From assembly GCA_951406725.2 (NCBI GenBank), contig OX597819.1, positions 21,700,001 through 21,764,000 on the forward strand: 64,000 nt of DNA, read 5' to 3'. Shown here piece after piece: positions 48,519 through 61,149 of this stretch. Numbering within the stretch: the first letter of the stretch is position 1; each line of letters opens with the position of its first letter. The notes beneath the pieces were generated by a model. The model was not told the DNA's origin. It did not search any database and saw only the letters and a program-made list of their open reading frames with translations. The position numbers were made by a program, and so were the translations under genes. This DNA comes from Octopus vulgaris. Its lineage: Eukaryota.

Positions 48519-48918
48519 CTTTTCTACTCTAGGCATAAGGCCCGTAAGTTTGGGAAGAAGACCAGTCGATAAGATCGATCCAGTACGCAACTGGTACTTA
48601 ATTTATCGAGCCCGAAAGGAAGAAAGACCAAGTCGACCTCGGTGGAATTTGAACTCTTAAAGTAGACAGACGAAATACCTATTTCTATTTCTTTACTACC
48701 CACAAGGGGCTAAACACAGAGAGGATAAACAAGGACAGACAAAAGGATTAAGTCGATTACATCGACCCCAGTACGTAACTGGTACTTAATTTATCGACCC
48801 CGAAATGATGAAAGGCAAAGTCGACCTCGGCGGAATTTGAACTCAGGACGTAACGGCAGACAAAATACGGCTACGCAATTCGCCCGGCGTGCTAACGTCT
48901 CTGCCAGCTCGTCGCCTT
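48519..48918 (-). mobile_element. Dimeric S3 SINE with 16-bp TSD
   Basis: TSD TCTCTCAATTAATATT at 48503-48518 and 48919-48934 encloses two S3 monomers. Confidence 0.92.
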
Positions 48919-51900
48919 TCTCTCAATTAATATTAATAGCAATACACAATTTTACTCCAGTTTATTTGCAATTTTTCCGTCAAAGACAGGATTTAAATTG
49001 TACTCTGCTGGAATTGTATTGACACAATCATGTTCTACAGGACGAAAGCCTGAATAATAATAGAAACACCAATGAAATCTATAAACACAGGAACAGTATT
49101 ATTTCGACAATATCTAGTCTCAATCAGAAAGAGATTCAACTGATATACTGGTCTGAGGCGGAGAGGTTCAAAGCAGATCCATTCACTGCCAGCTCGATTC
49201 ATCTCTAAAGAAACGGAAAGCTTACACCACATATTAAATCTATTAAAACTGCAGCAGGTTTTAGATAGAAAGCACTCTAGTTCGACCTTCAAAAAATTTC
49301 TCCCGGTGGCCATAATGGGGCAATGATAAACGCACATAATCTCGCAAATTCTTGCGGAGTTGGATCCAGCCTGAGGCCACGCATAGTTGTGACCAGCGAC
49401 TTCTAATCACTCAGCCATTGGACTCTCTAATCACATACGGAGTACATATTCAATAGAGGTATACATCGTTATATTCATGGCAAAAATATCTTCATTTAGA
49501 TTATTGCAAGCTGGATGGCAGAAAAATAGATCGAGGCTCAACATGTTTTTGCATGTGTATACCGAAATCTAGACAATAATTTTTGAAGAAGTCTGGTATT
49601 TATTTTCACATGCAAGCCTCCTCTCTCCGCCCCATCTGTCTGTGTTGAGAGGCTTTCAAGATTTCGTATCTGATCAAGAAGAACTGAAACAAATACTACA
49701 AGGCCGACCCTCTTATAGTTCTACCAATTCATCGCCAGGGATTTATTCTTCTTCATCGTCACCTAGAAGGATAAAATGTGAAAGCGACCTCATTGTGAAT
49801 TGAATTAAGAGCGCAGACAGTCGAAACAAATTGGTCGAGACATTATACCCACCTTTCAAGCGAATGTATCAATTCCAAAACTCAAAGAAACAGAGAATAG
49901 AAGTAATATTTTCAAATAAGATGCATATTGTTTCACTGGATTTTATATCAAAGCTGGTGAACCGTGGTGTCGATGGTTATAATTTTCCATGGTAAATCAA
50001 GAGATTCTTTCACATAGAGCGATTAAAAACATAAACCAATGGATCCTTCCATCTTTAGTATGTAGGGTATGATTTGAAAGGTTTGCTGGAATGTAAAGCA
50101 ATCCTAGGGAACACAAAGAAACTCCATGCCTGTGCTTATAGATACCCACGTAAACTGGCGTTGAGGTTTAATTTCTTTACAGCAAATATATGACTTTATG
50201 ATTTCATAATTAATGAAGACAACATAGATAAGAGACGGGAAAAAATCCGGGTTTAGGTGTCGATGCAAGACGAGTGAAGATCCTTGAAGATGTATCTCCA
50301 GCTTGGCCGTCGTACATTGTCTGAAAATAGTAAAATAATAAAATAGTATTGAAACAATATAGATTCACAATAAAAGTGCAAAACATTTTACTTTCTCTTG
50401 TCATCCATTGATAAATTTCGACATTACTCGTTGGACATTTTCCCAAATCGCTTCAGCTGATATCTGGTAGAATATTTTAGATTTGAGTTTTTGGAAGTAT
50501 CTACGTTCTCTAGTTATTGTTTTTGTTGTTTAAAACCCAGATCAAACTTGATAGAGCATACATATGATCAAAGACTTTCTGACCGTGACCAACCTACTTT
50601 ATTTTTCAGACAGTGGAACATAAATAATTTAAAGTGTCATTGCTATTTATATGGAAACAGCGTGTAATTTAAAGGAAATTTTGGCTTCAGTCATCCTGAA
50701 CAAACTTGTAGAGAATCACTTGTTGGTTCTTCCAAAAATGTATTTGTTTGGTTGAGTAGACCCGGGACAACTCAGGATGAACATTTCCATGATGTGCAAG
50801 TTGTGGGGCTGACAGCAACACAAGGCCTACACTTTCATCCTCTCAATTATCCTATGTTTATAACTAGCTGACGACTATACTGTATTCGCCAACACACATT
50901 CACGGATCTTATCAGACAGAGAGTGTGACGGGTTGGATGTATTGCTCAATCTTCAATGCCGTCCAGTCTATCTCCGTACGCTCTTAGATTCAGACTATGG
51001 CTACTTAAAGTTAGAGATCGTATAATTGTCATAAGTTTCACGTTCTCCAATTGTCCAGTCCGCTTCCGTCTGCAGATCTTAGTAAAGGCTCCCTTGGTTG
51101 AAGGGATGTGGAGTCAATAAGAGCGTGACACGTGATTGTCCACTGGTCTGATTGTTTAAGATGGATCTAAGGATTGATCCCAGATACTGGGAAATTGAGT
51201 GTCGCTACGACTAGATGTAAACTTATGAGTACGTTGATTCATTTCTAGGTATCTGACAGTGATTCAATCCCAAGGTATTTAAGGATGTATATTTCGGATT
51301 TAAACATCTTAAACTGAAAGCTCTGAGAATTTTAGATATTCATATTCCTTTTTTTATGTCTGATAAAAGAGGTTGAAACCGTCGTCTAAATATGTGTATA
51401 TTTTTCATTTTTACTCCTATTGCTGTGATGGGCTTTGTGGCTGGTTTACGAGAAATTTCCGATAAGGGAGTTTTCTTGCTGTTTCAGTACAGTGATATCA
51501 ACTGAAACAGCTACTGTGATATGGAAGTTTGAGTGGTTGTTGCTGTTGCTGTTGTTGTTATGCTGCTAATTACAATACATATAACGTTTTACTGCCAGTT
51601 TAATGGTTTACAGTAGATACAAATATTTGCTAGTTTTCTCTTTTCCTACGGTTATTTTCTCTCTTCTTTCTTTCTTTGATGCTGCGTTGTATTTCAGCTA
51701 TATGTAGATTTGCTGTATTATGTTTGAGGTTGACTCTGGTTTTTATGAGACTCATTATTTCCAGTCGGTAATTGTGGTTGTACTTTTTATATTTTATGTC
51801 GAGATGGATATGTCTTTTAGAAGCATCTATAATTATTTTACTAAATATATTCACAGCCAAACTTTACTATACTGACAACGGCGTTGTCCAGCTATATAAA

Positions 51901-52619
51901 ACCTTGATTTTTGATTTTTCATTCAACTCAGGCCCTTTCATTTTTTTTAAAAATCTGTTTTAAAAGTGTGTTGGAATGGTAATTGATGGGTGACCCAGGC
52001 AAGTTAAGAATCGTTTTCCTGGCGGTTTTGGTAGCGAGATGTCACGAGTTATTTCGTTATTTATTTTCGTATGTGCATTGTGAAAAACTTGCCTCTACTC
52101 TTGTGCAAGGCGAGGCGAAAAAGTAGTGGCTATAGAGATGCGATACAAACCTAGACTCAGTTCAATTCGTCAGGCTAATTTGCATGAGTATTTCGTTGAA
52201 ATGTAGTTACCTCATTCAGAAAGAATGGTTATAAATTTTAACACATGGCCAGTCATTTTATGTTCAAGTGACGGTCAGAAAAGTAAACTCCCGGAGTTGA
52301 TGAGAATGAGGATGAGGGCAATGACGACGACACCAGTGACAACAATGATGAGGATGCTGGCATCGAAGACGACTTTAATGACAAAAGCTATGAGGATGAT
52401 AGCAGCGAAAACGACGTTAAAGGGAGTAATGACGAGGATGATGGCAACGACGATGACGTCAAGGATAATAATGATGGAAAAAATGACGACGGGTTTGTCT
52501 ATTTCTTTTCTGTTTAGCGTAACCCAATATTTGCCAGAATGGGGCTTTTCTTGGCATCGTTTTTTCCTGATCCGTTGCCGTTCCAGTTTTAGTTTGGATT
52601 TCAGTTGTTTTACAGCTTT

Positions 52620-53075
52620 TGCACACCCACTGTCTTGGGGGTGAGTGAAGGATAAGAGAAGTTACAGTTTGAATGAAAGCTTGGGGAGCGGAGTTGGCAG
52701 AGGCAGTAGTGAAATAACTTCATGTAATACAACACAGACATTTAAATGGATAAAGTTTTCCCAAGGATGAGGGCAGTACTTGTCAACACAATGTTTTCGA
52801 TTTCTGTGAGACATGGTACTCCTGGGATGTTAATCAAATGTGTCTCACAAAAACAGCAGCGGTTCTCGCTTTAACATGCCACGTCTGTTATATTTCAATT
52901 TTCAGGTCCTTATATTTACTTAATTTGTCAAAATTCCTTTACAGTTATATTTTTATCTGTGAAGACACGTCTATTAGTCTACAAGTAATTTCTTCCCTGT
53001 CTTTAATAATTATGTATGTTCGATTGGATTCTTCTGTCGGTGTTGACTCGAAAATCCCAGAGGATAGTGACACTT
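52620..53075 (-). mobile_element. R4/Dong family E decayed 3' fragment
   Basis: Encodes KEFDKLSKYKDLKIEI and LIDVSS; 3' UTR gagtgaaggataagagaagttacag as at 34974. Confidence 0.75.
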
Positions 53076-53089
53076 TTACCTTAGTATTT

Positions 53090-53421
53090 TTGAGGAGGAG
53101 ACCCCCTTCGGTCATGAATGACCATGGGATTGCAACTAGAAAGTGACCCTCCGAGGAACAAGTCCGGGTAAGGTTGTTTATGGACGGCCAGCAGTCGCCC
53201 TTGCATACCAGCCTCCCCTCTGCACACCACTGATGTTATCCAAGGGAAAGGTAAAGGCCGATACAGCATGATACCAGTGATGTCGCAATTCATTGAGTGA
53301 ACTGGAGAAACATGAAATAAAGTGACTTGCTCAAGAACACAACATGCAGCCCGGTCCGGAGATCGAACTCACAACCTCACGATCGTAAGGTCGACGCTCT
53401 AAAAACTGAGCCATGCGCCTT
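53090..53421 (-). mobile_element. S2 SINE (tail type 3)
   Basis: Head (gagttcgatctcc, ttgtgttcttgagcaagtcactttatttca) is shared with the other S2 copies; the 3' part is unrelated. Confidence 0.82.
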
Positions 53422-53430
53422 TACTATTAC

Positions 53431-53471
<41 letters not shown>

Positions 53472-53719
53472 CTTTGACTTTTGCTTTATATTTGTACAAG
53501 ATGACTCCAAGCCTCACCTAGAGACCTCAAGAGACAACGAGTTGGAATTTCATGTTGGTGTTATGCATAGGGTGCCATATATTTGGTTTTGCACATAGTG
53601 TTGTTCTAGAGAATGTCTAAGAAAACAAGAATATTGTGTTATTTGTTTTAAAATTTGAGATTACATAGACAGTATTTTGCGTAGGATATGGGCAATTCCC
53701 ATGAGCACTATCTTTTGAA

Positions 53720-54013
53720 GCGTGGAAGGTGTTTATAAGCTATTAAAAAAAAAAAAAAAAAACCGTTAGATTCACTTCAACATTTAAATTTAATTTATCA
53801 AAATATTTTCGTCGCTTTGTTTTGTCAGTGAACAGGCCGCTGTCTTAAAGCGACGAAAATATTTTGACAAATTAAATTTAAATGTTGAAGTGAATCTTAC
53901 GGATTTTGTGTGTCTCTTAAATGGCTTATAAACACCTTCTCCGCTGCAATTGTTTTCGTTCCACACACGATATCCGATCAGGTCACTTGCTATGCAAGTA
54001 CATCACCGTAACA
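53720..54013 (+). mobile_element. 294-bp fold-back element with 10-bp TSD, probably derived from a Penelope-like pseudo-LTR
   Basis: TSD ATCTTTTGAA at 53710-53719 and 54014-54023; ~100-bp imperfect inverted repeat; removing it restores the host frame AEIQKIVLMGIAHILRKILSM*. Confidence 0.88.
53821..53871 (+). ncRNA. Type I hammerhead-like motif with G3-C8 covariation
   Basis: TTTGTCA-GTGAACA-G-GCCGCT-GTCTTAA-AGCGAC-GAAA-ATAT-TT-TGACAAA: 7-bp stem I, 5/6-bp stem II, AATATT palindrome. Confidence 0.65.
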
Positions 54014-54733
54014 ATCTTTTGAATTTCTGCCAATTATGGGTTTCCTGGTATCTGACCTAGGTAGCAATCAGCCCCTTTTGCTATAATTCCCAGGGCACCT
54101 ATGACAACAGGTATTGTTTTAGTCTTCAGGTTCCACATTTTGCCGATTTCTATTTCAAGATCTTTATACTGGCTCAGCTTTTGGTATGTCTTGACAGATA
54201 CGCTTATATCAAAAGGGACAGTCATATCAATGAGGAGACATGAATTTTTGTCTGAAGTCCTTCAATATTATGTCTGGGCTATTTGCATCTATCTTTCTGT
54301 CAGTTTGAATGGTGAAGTTCGACAGGGATGAGATGTGATCATTTTCAAGCACATTTTTTTTATCATGGGCAGGTCCAGGTTTTTGCAAATTACCCAGTGA
54401 ATATATTGTGCAGTTCTATCATGCCTGTTGACATACTCTGTAGGCGCAAGAAGACTGCACATGGAGACAACATGATCAATGGTTTCATGTTGTTGTTGAC
54501 ATAAACGACATGTGTAGCTGCCGTTCTTCAATATGATGGCCTGGTAGTTTCTTGTAGGTACACATTGATCTTGGGCTGCTATGATAAACCCTTCTGTTTC
54601 TGATTTTAAGCCAGAAGCCATTAACCATTGATGGGTAAGATCTTTGTCAACATCAGCATTAATCGCTCTCTTTGGGTATTTCCCATTGAGAGGTTTTCCC
54701 TGCCATGTATAAGTAAGAATATCTTAGGCAGCA

Positions 54734-55021
<288 letters not shown>

Positions 55022-55024
55022 CAG

Positions 55025-55205
55025 TCGGCGTGCTGGTAGAATTCTTAGCACGCCGGGCAATCATCTTCCGTTTTTACGTTGTGACTTCAAATTCCTGCGA
55101 GGTCGACTTCACTTGGTATCCTTTCCAGGTCGATGCAATCGACTCTCTCTGCCCCATCCCCAGGACATGATGCTGGCCTTGTGTCAAATTTTGAAACCAT
55201 TATTT
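55025..55205 (+). mobile_element. Decayed S3-type SINE
   Basis: gctggtagaattcttagcacgccgggc..ttcaaattcctgcgaggtcgactt. Confidence 0.75.
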
Positions 55206-55219
55206 TAGTCGTTCGTTGT

Positions 55220-56489
55220 ACCTCTTGCTGTTGTTGTTGTATTAGTGTCCTTTTTTGAGTTATTGCTTTGGTTGCTCTTGCGGATTACATTTTCGTTTTT
55301 CCTTATTATTGTAGTTGTTGTTGCTAGTGGCGATGGTGGTGGTGGTGAGGCTGATGGGGATGATGCACATAACGATATCGATGCTTTCACTGTTGCTGCT
55401 GCTGCTGCTCCTGCTGTTGTTTCGCTTATTACTATTGTTTTATTGTTGTTATTGTTGTTGTTGGTAGTGGTAGTGGTGGTGGTGTCGTTGTTGTTGGGGT
55501 TGTTGTTGTTGGTGGTGGTGGTGATGGTGGTGGTAATGGTTGTTGTTGGTAGTGGTAGTGGTGGTGGTGTCGTTGTGATGGGGTTGTTGTTGTTGTTGGT
55601 GGTGGTGATGGTGGTGGTAATGGTCGTGGTGTCCTTGTTGTTATTGTTGGAGTGATGTTTGTGGTGGTGGTGGTAGTGGTGGTGGTGTGTTGTTGTTGTT
55701 GTTGTTGTTGATGGGTTTGTTGTTGTTGGTGGTGGTGGTGATGGTTGTGGTAATGGTCGTGGTATCGTTGTTGTTGGTGGTTGTGTGATTGTTGTTGTGG
55801 TGGTGGTGGTATCGTTGTTGTTGTTGTTGTGGTGGTGGTGGTGGTGGTAGTGGTGTTGATGTTAGTGGTGATGATGGTGGTGGTGTCGTTCATGTTGTTG
55901 TTGTTTGGGTTGATGTTGTTGGTGGTGGTGCTGATGTTAGTGGTGGTTGTATCGTTCTTGTTCTTATTATTGTTGGGGGTTGGTGGCAGTGAAGGATATA
56001 GCATTGCTTAATTGTTGTTGTTGTTGTTGTTGCTATGCTGTCCTTGACTATTTTCTGTTGTTTGTGTCATTGTTGTTTACATTGATGCTGTTGAGGCTCT
56101 TCGTAATGTTTGTGTTGTTGTTGTTGTTGTTGTTGCTGTTCTTCTTGTTTTTGCTGATTTTAGTGTTGTTCTTAATACACTTGTTTTTGTTGCTTCTGTT
56201 ATTAAAGTTGCTATCATTGTTACTATCATCATCATCAACTTCATCATCATCATCATCATCATCATCGTCACCATCATCATCATCATCATCGTCGTCGTCG
56301 TCATCATCATCATCATCATCTCCATCATCATCATCGTCATTATCATCATCATCATCATCATCATCGTCGTCGTCATCATCATCATCATCGTCATCATCAT
56401 CATCGTCATCATCATCGCCATCATCATCGACGTCGTCATCATCATCATGATCATCATCGTCATCATCATCGCCATCATCATCGTCGTCG

Positions 56490-56521
<32 letters not shown>

Positions 56522-56526
56522 GTCAT

Positions 56527-56557
<31 letters not shown>

Positions 56558-56707
56558 TTCATCATCATCATCATCATCATCGTCATCATCATCACCATCG
56601 TCATCATCATCATCATCATCATCGTCATCATCATCATTTAACATCATCATCATCATCATCATCATTATCATCATCACTATCATCATCATCATCATTATCA
56701 TCATCAC

Positions 56708-56746
<39 letters not shown>

Positions 56747-57860
56747 TATTGTTGTTGTTGTTGTTACTATTACTATTGTTATTCTCATTATTGTTGTTGT
56801 TGTTGTTGTTGTTGCTGCTGCTGTTCTTGCCGGTGTAAATGCTACTATTATTTTTGTTTGTATTGCTATTTTTGCTGCTGTTGTTGTTTATTATAATCGT
56901 GGTTGATATTGCTGTTGATGTTTTCGTAGTCGTTACCATTCTTGCTATTGTTCCTCTTCCTGTTGTTGTTGTTGTTGTTGTACTGTTGTTGTTGCACTCC
57001 ATGAACAGCGCTGAAGTTATGAAAGGTTTTAATAAGGTCAACCTAAAGAAAGTCTTTTTTAGCGAGGTTTGTTTGATGCATGATATAACAAGCATTGCTG
57101 CTCTCACATTGGCATTGTGAACATCTGATCTCATTCTCTGTTCATTGTTAGTCCTGCCTATGCAAAACAACAACAACAACAACAGCAACAACAAGAACAA
57201 CAACAACATCAACTCGATCAGGAACAACGTCGAACAGCAAATACAAACACGAAAATAAATAACACCATCGACAGAAACTCAACGCATAGAAAAGCATGAA
57301 CGGAGGAGAAAGCCAAATACGATGGCGGCGGGTTGGGGGTTGGCGGCGGACAGCAATAATAATAACTGTAAGAACTGCCTTAACTATGTCAGTAACAACA
57401 GCCAAAACAAAAATAATAAAACAATTAAGAACAGCAAAACAAAGCAACAGCAACAACAACAACAGCGACGACGACGATAAGAACTGCACTTGCAATATCA
57501 AGAATAATTACATCATCATCATCAACTATAACATCAACAATAAACAGCAAAAAAAATTTTTTAAAAAAACAATAGACATTAACAACAGCAAGAATTTCTA
57601 TCAACAACGATAATTACAATATCAGCAACAACAACAAAAATAACAATATGGACGATAACAACAACAACAACACAAATAAGAAGTAGGCGACGAGAACAAC
57701 AACAACAACAACACGAACACCGTATCGCAAAAAAAAAGCTAAATTAGATAATAGGTTAAAAAAACAACAATACATTTAACAAAAGAAGCAGGAACAAAAA
57801 CAAACAACAACAAAAAAACAATGAAAGCACATTAATAAGATCAACAGCAACAACTCTTGA
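55220..57860. repeat. 2.6-kb mosaic of trinucleotide repeats: (TTG/TGG)n, (TCA/TCG)n, then (AAC)n
   Basis: Directly visible; source of the poly-D, poly-S, poly-V and poly-T ORFs. Confidence 0.92.
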
Positions 57861-58239
57861 GTTCAGCCAGAACTAAACAATATTCGGCTGTGCAATTATG
57901 TTCTTTGTAGACAAATTCCTGCAACCGCTCGGCCCTCCCCCATCACATGCAACCCTAACACTTAATGAATGGAAATATTCTTTGGAAAAAATAGCATTAT
58001 ATTTTTATGCTTCTAAATAGACAAATCATCTACCTTGTATATACGAACGCATATGTACACACACACGCACACTTAAACACACTGATTATGTTGTTTTATG
58101 CACACGCGTATATAGTATTTGTTTAGTCTGTGGATAAAATTTATGTACATGTGTGCGCGTGCGTGTGTATTAAACTTTTATTAAAGAGGGATGACTGCGA
58201 CTTTTTTCAAAAGTTTAACAAAAAAAGACTCTCAATATT

Positions 58240-58638
58240 CTTTTCTACTCTAGGCACAGGGCCCGAAATTTTGGGGAAGAGGCCAGTCGATAAGATCGAC
58301 CCCAATGCGCAACTGGTACTTAATTTATCGAACTCGAAAGGATGAAAGGCAAGGGCGACCTCGGCGGAGTTTGAATTTAGAACCTAAAGACAGGCGAAAT
58401 ACCTATTTCTTTACTACCCACAAGGGGCTAAACACAGAGAGGACAAACAAGGACAGACAAACGGATTAAGTCGATTATATCGACCCCAGTGCGTAACTGG
58501 TACTTATTTAATCGACCCCGAAAGGATGAAAGGCAAAGTCGACCTCGGCGGAATTTGAACTCAGAATGCAGCGGCAGACAAAATACCGCTAAGCATTTCG
58601 CAGGGTGTGCTAACGATTCTGCCAGCTCGCCGCCTTAC
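58240..58638 (-). mobile_element. Dimeric S3 SINE with 13-bp TSD
   Basis: TSD GACTCTCAATATT at 58227-58239 and 58639-58651; same two-monomer layout as 48519-48918. Confidence 0.92.
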
Positions 58639-59217
58639 GACTCTCAATATTGAGTAATTCTTCAGGTTAATGATAAATCTATTTTATTGTATAACTTTAC
58701 ATAAAATCTAACATCAATCTCTATGTATGTACGTATGATTTTTTTTCTATAAGTCTTATTTAAGTTCTTCCTGAGAGAATTCAAGTCGGTTAAAAGAGTT
58801 CAAAGCAACAACGAGACTTTATGAGTTAAGAGAGTTCCCGGGTTTTGTCAACATGTGGTTGAGTTGACGCGTTGGTTGAACTGTCGACGCCCAAGTGCGC
58901 GCATCTATTCACATGAAAATCACACGTGAAGAATTTGTTGCAATGTTTTACAAATCTTCACTGTGCCACAAATAGGTTAGATTTGGAAAGGCTATGTCGG
59001 TTTCTTTTGCTCTTTTTTCCGTGAAACCGAAGCTTTTGGGCAAATTTGTTGGTACATAACCCAGTTCACCTATGATGATGCGTACAAATGAGCTGTAAGT
59101 GCCGCATTAATTCGCCATAAATGTTCTCTTTTTCTTGCATTTTCCATTGTACATTCGCATCCTCTACAAAAACTGAATGATTTTTCTTCCTTGCCCTATA
59201 AACAGATATCTATGTAT

Positions 59218-59467
59218 ATTTTTATTCTTTTATTCTTGTAATTGTTTCAGTCATAAGACTGCGACCATGCTGGAGCACCGCCATAATGGGTGTTTAGTTG
59301 AGCAAATCGACACCAGGATTTACTATTTGTAAGCCTAGTATTTATTCTATCGGTTCTTATGCCAAACCGCTAAGTTATTGGGACATAAACTCCAGCATCA
59401 TTTGTCAAGCGATGGCAAGAAGACAAACACAAAATCAAAGACAGACACATAAACACAAACACACACA

Positions 59468-59547
<80 letters not shown>

Positions 59548-59696
59548 GGACTCAAATATGGATAGAAATTGTTAAACCTCACAAAAAATAATTTTTCTCT
59601 TTTTTTAACTATTTTTTTATTTGTATGGACTCCTAACCTCTTTTCAACTATCTATCTGTCTATCTATCTATCCCTCTCTCTCTCTCCCCCTATATG

Positions 59697-59729
<33 letters not shown>

Positions 59730-59892
59730 GATGGATTTCCTTCAGTTTCCCTCTACCAAATCCACTAGCAAGCCTTTCGTCGGCCCCAGGCTATGTTAGA
59801 AGACACTTGTCCAAGGTGCCACGCAGTGGGACTGAACACGATACTATATGCTTAGGAAACAAACCTCTTTTTACATAGCCACGCCTGCACCT
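59218..59892 (-). mobile_element. Older S1 SINE split at an expanded internal microsatellite
   Basis: The 3' half (59218-59460) and 5' half (59730-59892) both match S1 and are separated by (TA)n-rich sequence. Confidence 0.8.
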
Positions 59893-60617
59893 ATGTATGT
59901 ATGTATGTATCTATTTATGTATGTTTTGCATGTGTATGTATGTGTCTATGTGTGTATATGTGTGCGTGTATGTATCTGTGTGACTATGTGTGCGAGCATT
60001 CGCATGTCTATAAGTAAGACACAAAGATACAACATGCTTATTAAGCGCATTTTCTCTCACTTCAGAATAAACGCCATCGCTACACAGAAGGAGGAGGAGC
60101 TTGGGCAATTTTGAAAAGGTAGCGAGATTAATTGTTTCACTCCTATTCAAACGCATGTATGGTATGAGGTTTATCGGTTAAACACAAACTGCAGCTTTGG
60201 AACTACTATTCAAAGCTATGCCTCTGTTCAAGCAAGTCAGACAGTGTTCTGTCGGTAGATTTCCTGCTATCTGTCTTTTGCCAGATTTCCTTCAATCCCA
60301 CTCTACTACTTCCTTTAAGACGTCCATTGACTGCATCAATACAGTCACCTTTTTAAACAAATTTTCTGCTAATCCATTGTAAATCTTCAAAAGATTTCTT
60401 CTGTCGAACTGGCTTCAGACACAATGCAGTCAGTCATGCACTTAGTGTTTCAATTATTCCTGTTATATTTCTTTCATCAATCCTTACGTGTATCACGTTG
60501 AACATTCCTATGGTTAAGCAATGACGTGCATTGTTTCGATTCCCTATAAGAAGGAATCCAGAATAATTCGCTTTTTCATACATGCTCACAAACACTTGCA
60601 TATACCCAAACGTATTC

Positions 60618-60688
<71 letters not shown>

Positions 60689-60689
<1 letters not shown>

Positions 60690-61017
60690 GGTTCAGTAGT
60701 TTTATTTTTATAGCGTGCTTTCACTTCACTACCGAGCGCAGCTCTGCGTGCCTTGGGTATGTGCTGTGATTTGTTGTGATGCTCTGGTGGTTATTGTATT
60801 GAAAGTGTTCTGCATAGGATGTGTGCAGTGCCCAGTAATGCAGTTTTCTGTATGTTATATATATTTGTAAGCCCTGGTGTTTTTGTTATGTATTTGTCAG
60901 AATATTTCATTTTGTCGTACCTAATGCACCTACTATGATAGGAATTGTTTCTGTTTTTAGATTCCACATTCGTGTTACCTCTATTTCCAGGTTTTTGTAT
61001 TTTGAAAGTTTCTCCAT
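60689..61017 (-). mobile_element. R4/Dong family A, short 5'-truncated copy
   Basis: Aligns closely with 7569-7890 (MEKLSKYKNLEIEVTRMWNLKTETIP plus 3' UTR); (TTA)n at 60619-60688 and 61018-61149. Confidence 0.92.
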
Positions 61018-61044
61018 TATCATTATTATTATTATTATTATTAA

Positions 61045-61149
<105 letters not shown>

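Larger units (their letters stand above)
53470..54733 (-). mobile_element. R4/Dong family C 3' fragment, interrupted by an insertion at 53720-54013
   Basis: SGLKSETEGFIIAAQDQ, CRLC..HVVSMC, RHD, KLSQYKDLEIE; flanked by (TTA)n at 53422-53469 and 54735-55021. Confidence 0.9.

Noticed and set aside
50750-52200. Possible LINE remnants (LADD, YLGSIL, KYLG, NIFSKIIIDASKRHI)
   Set aside because: Short motifs on mixed strands; boundaries and family cannot be set by eye.
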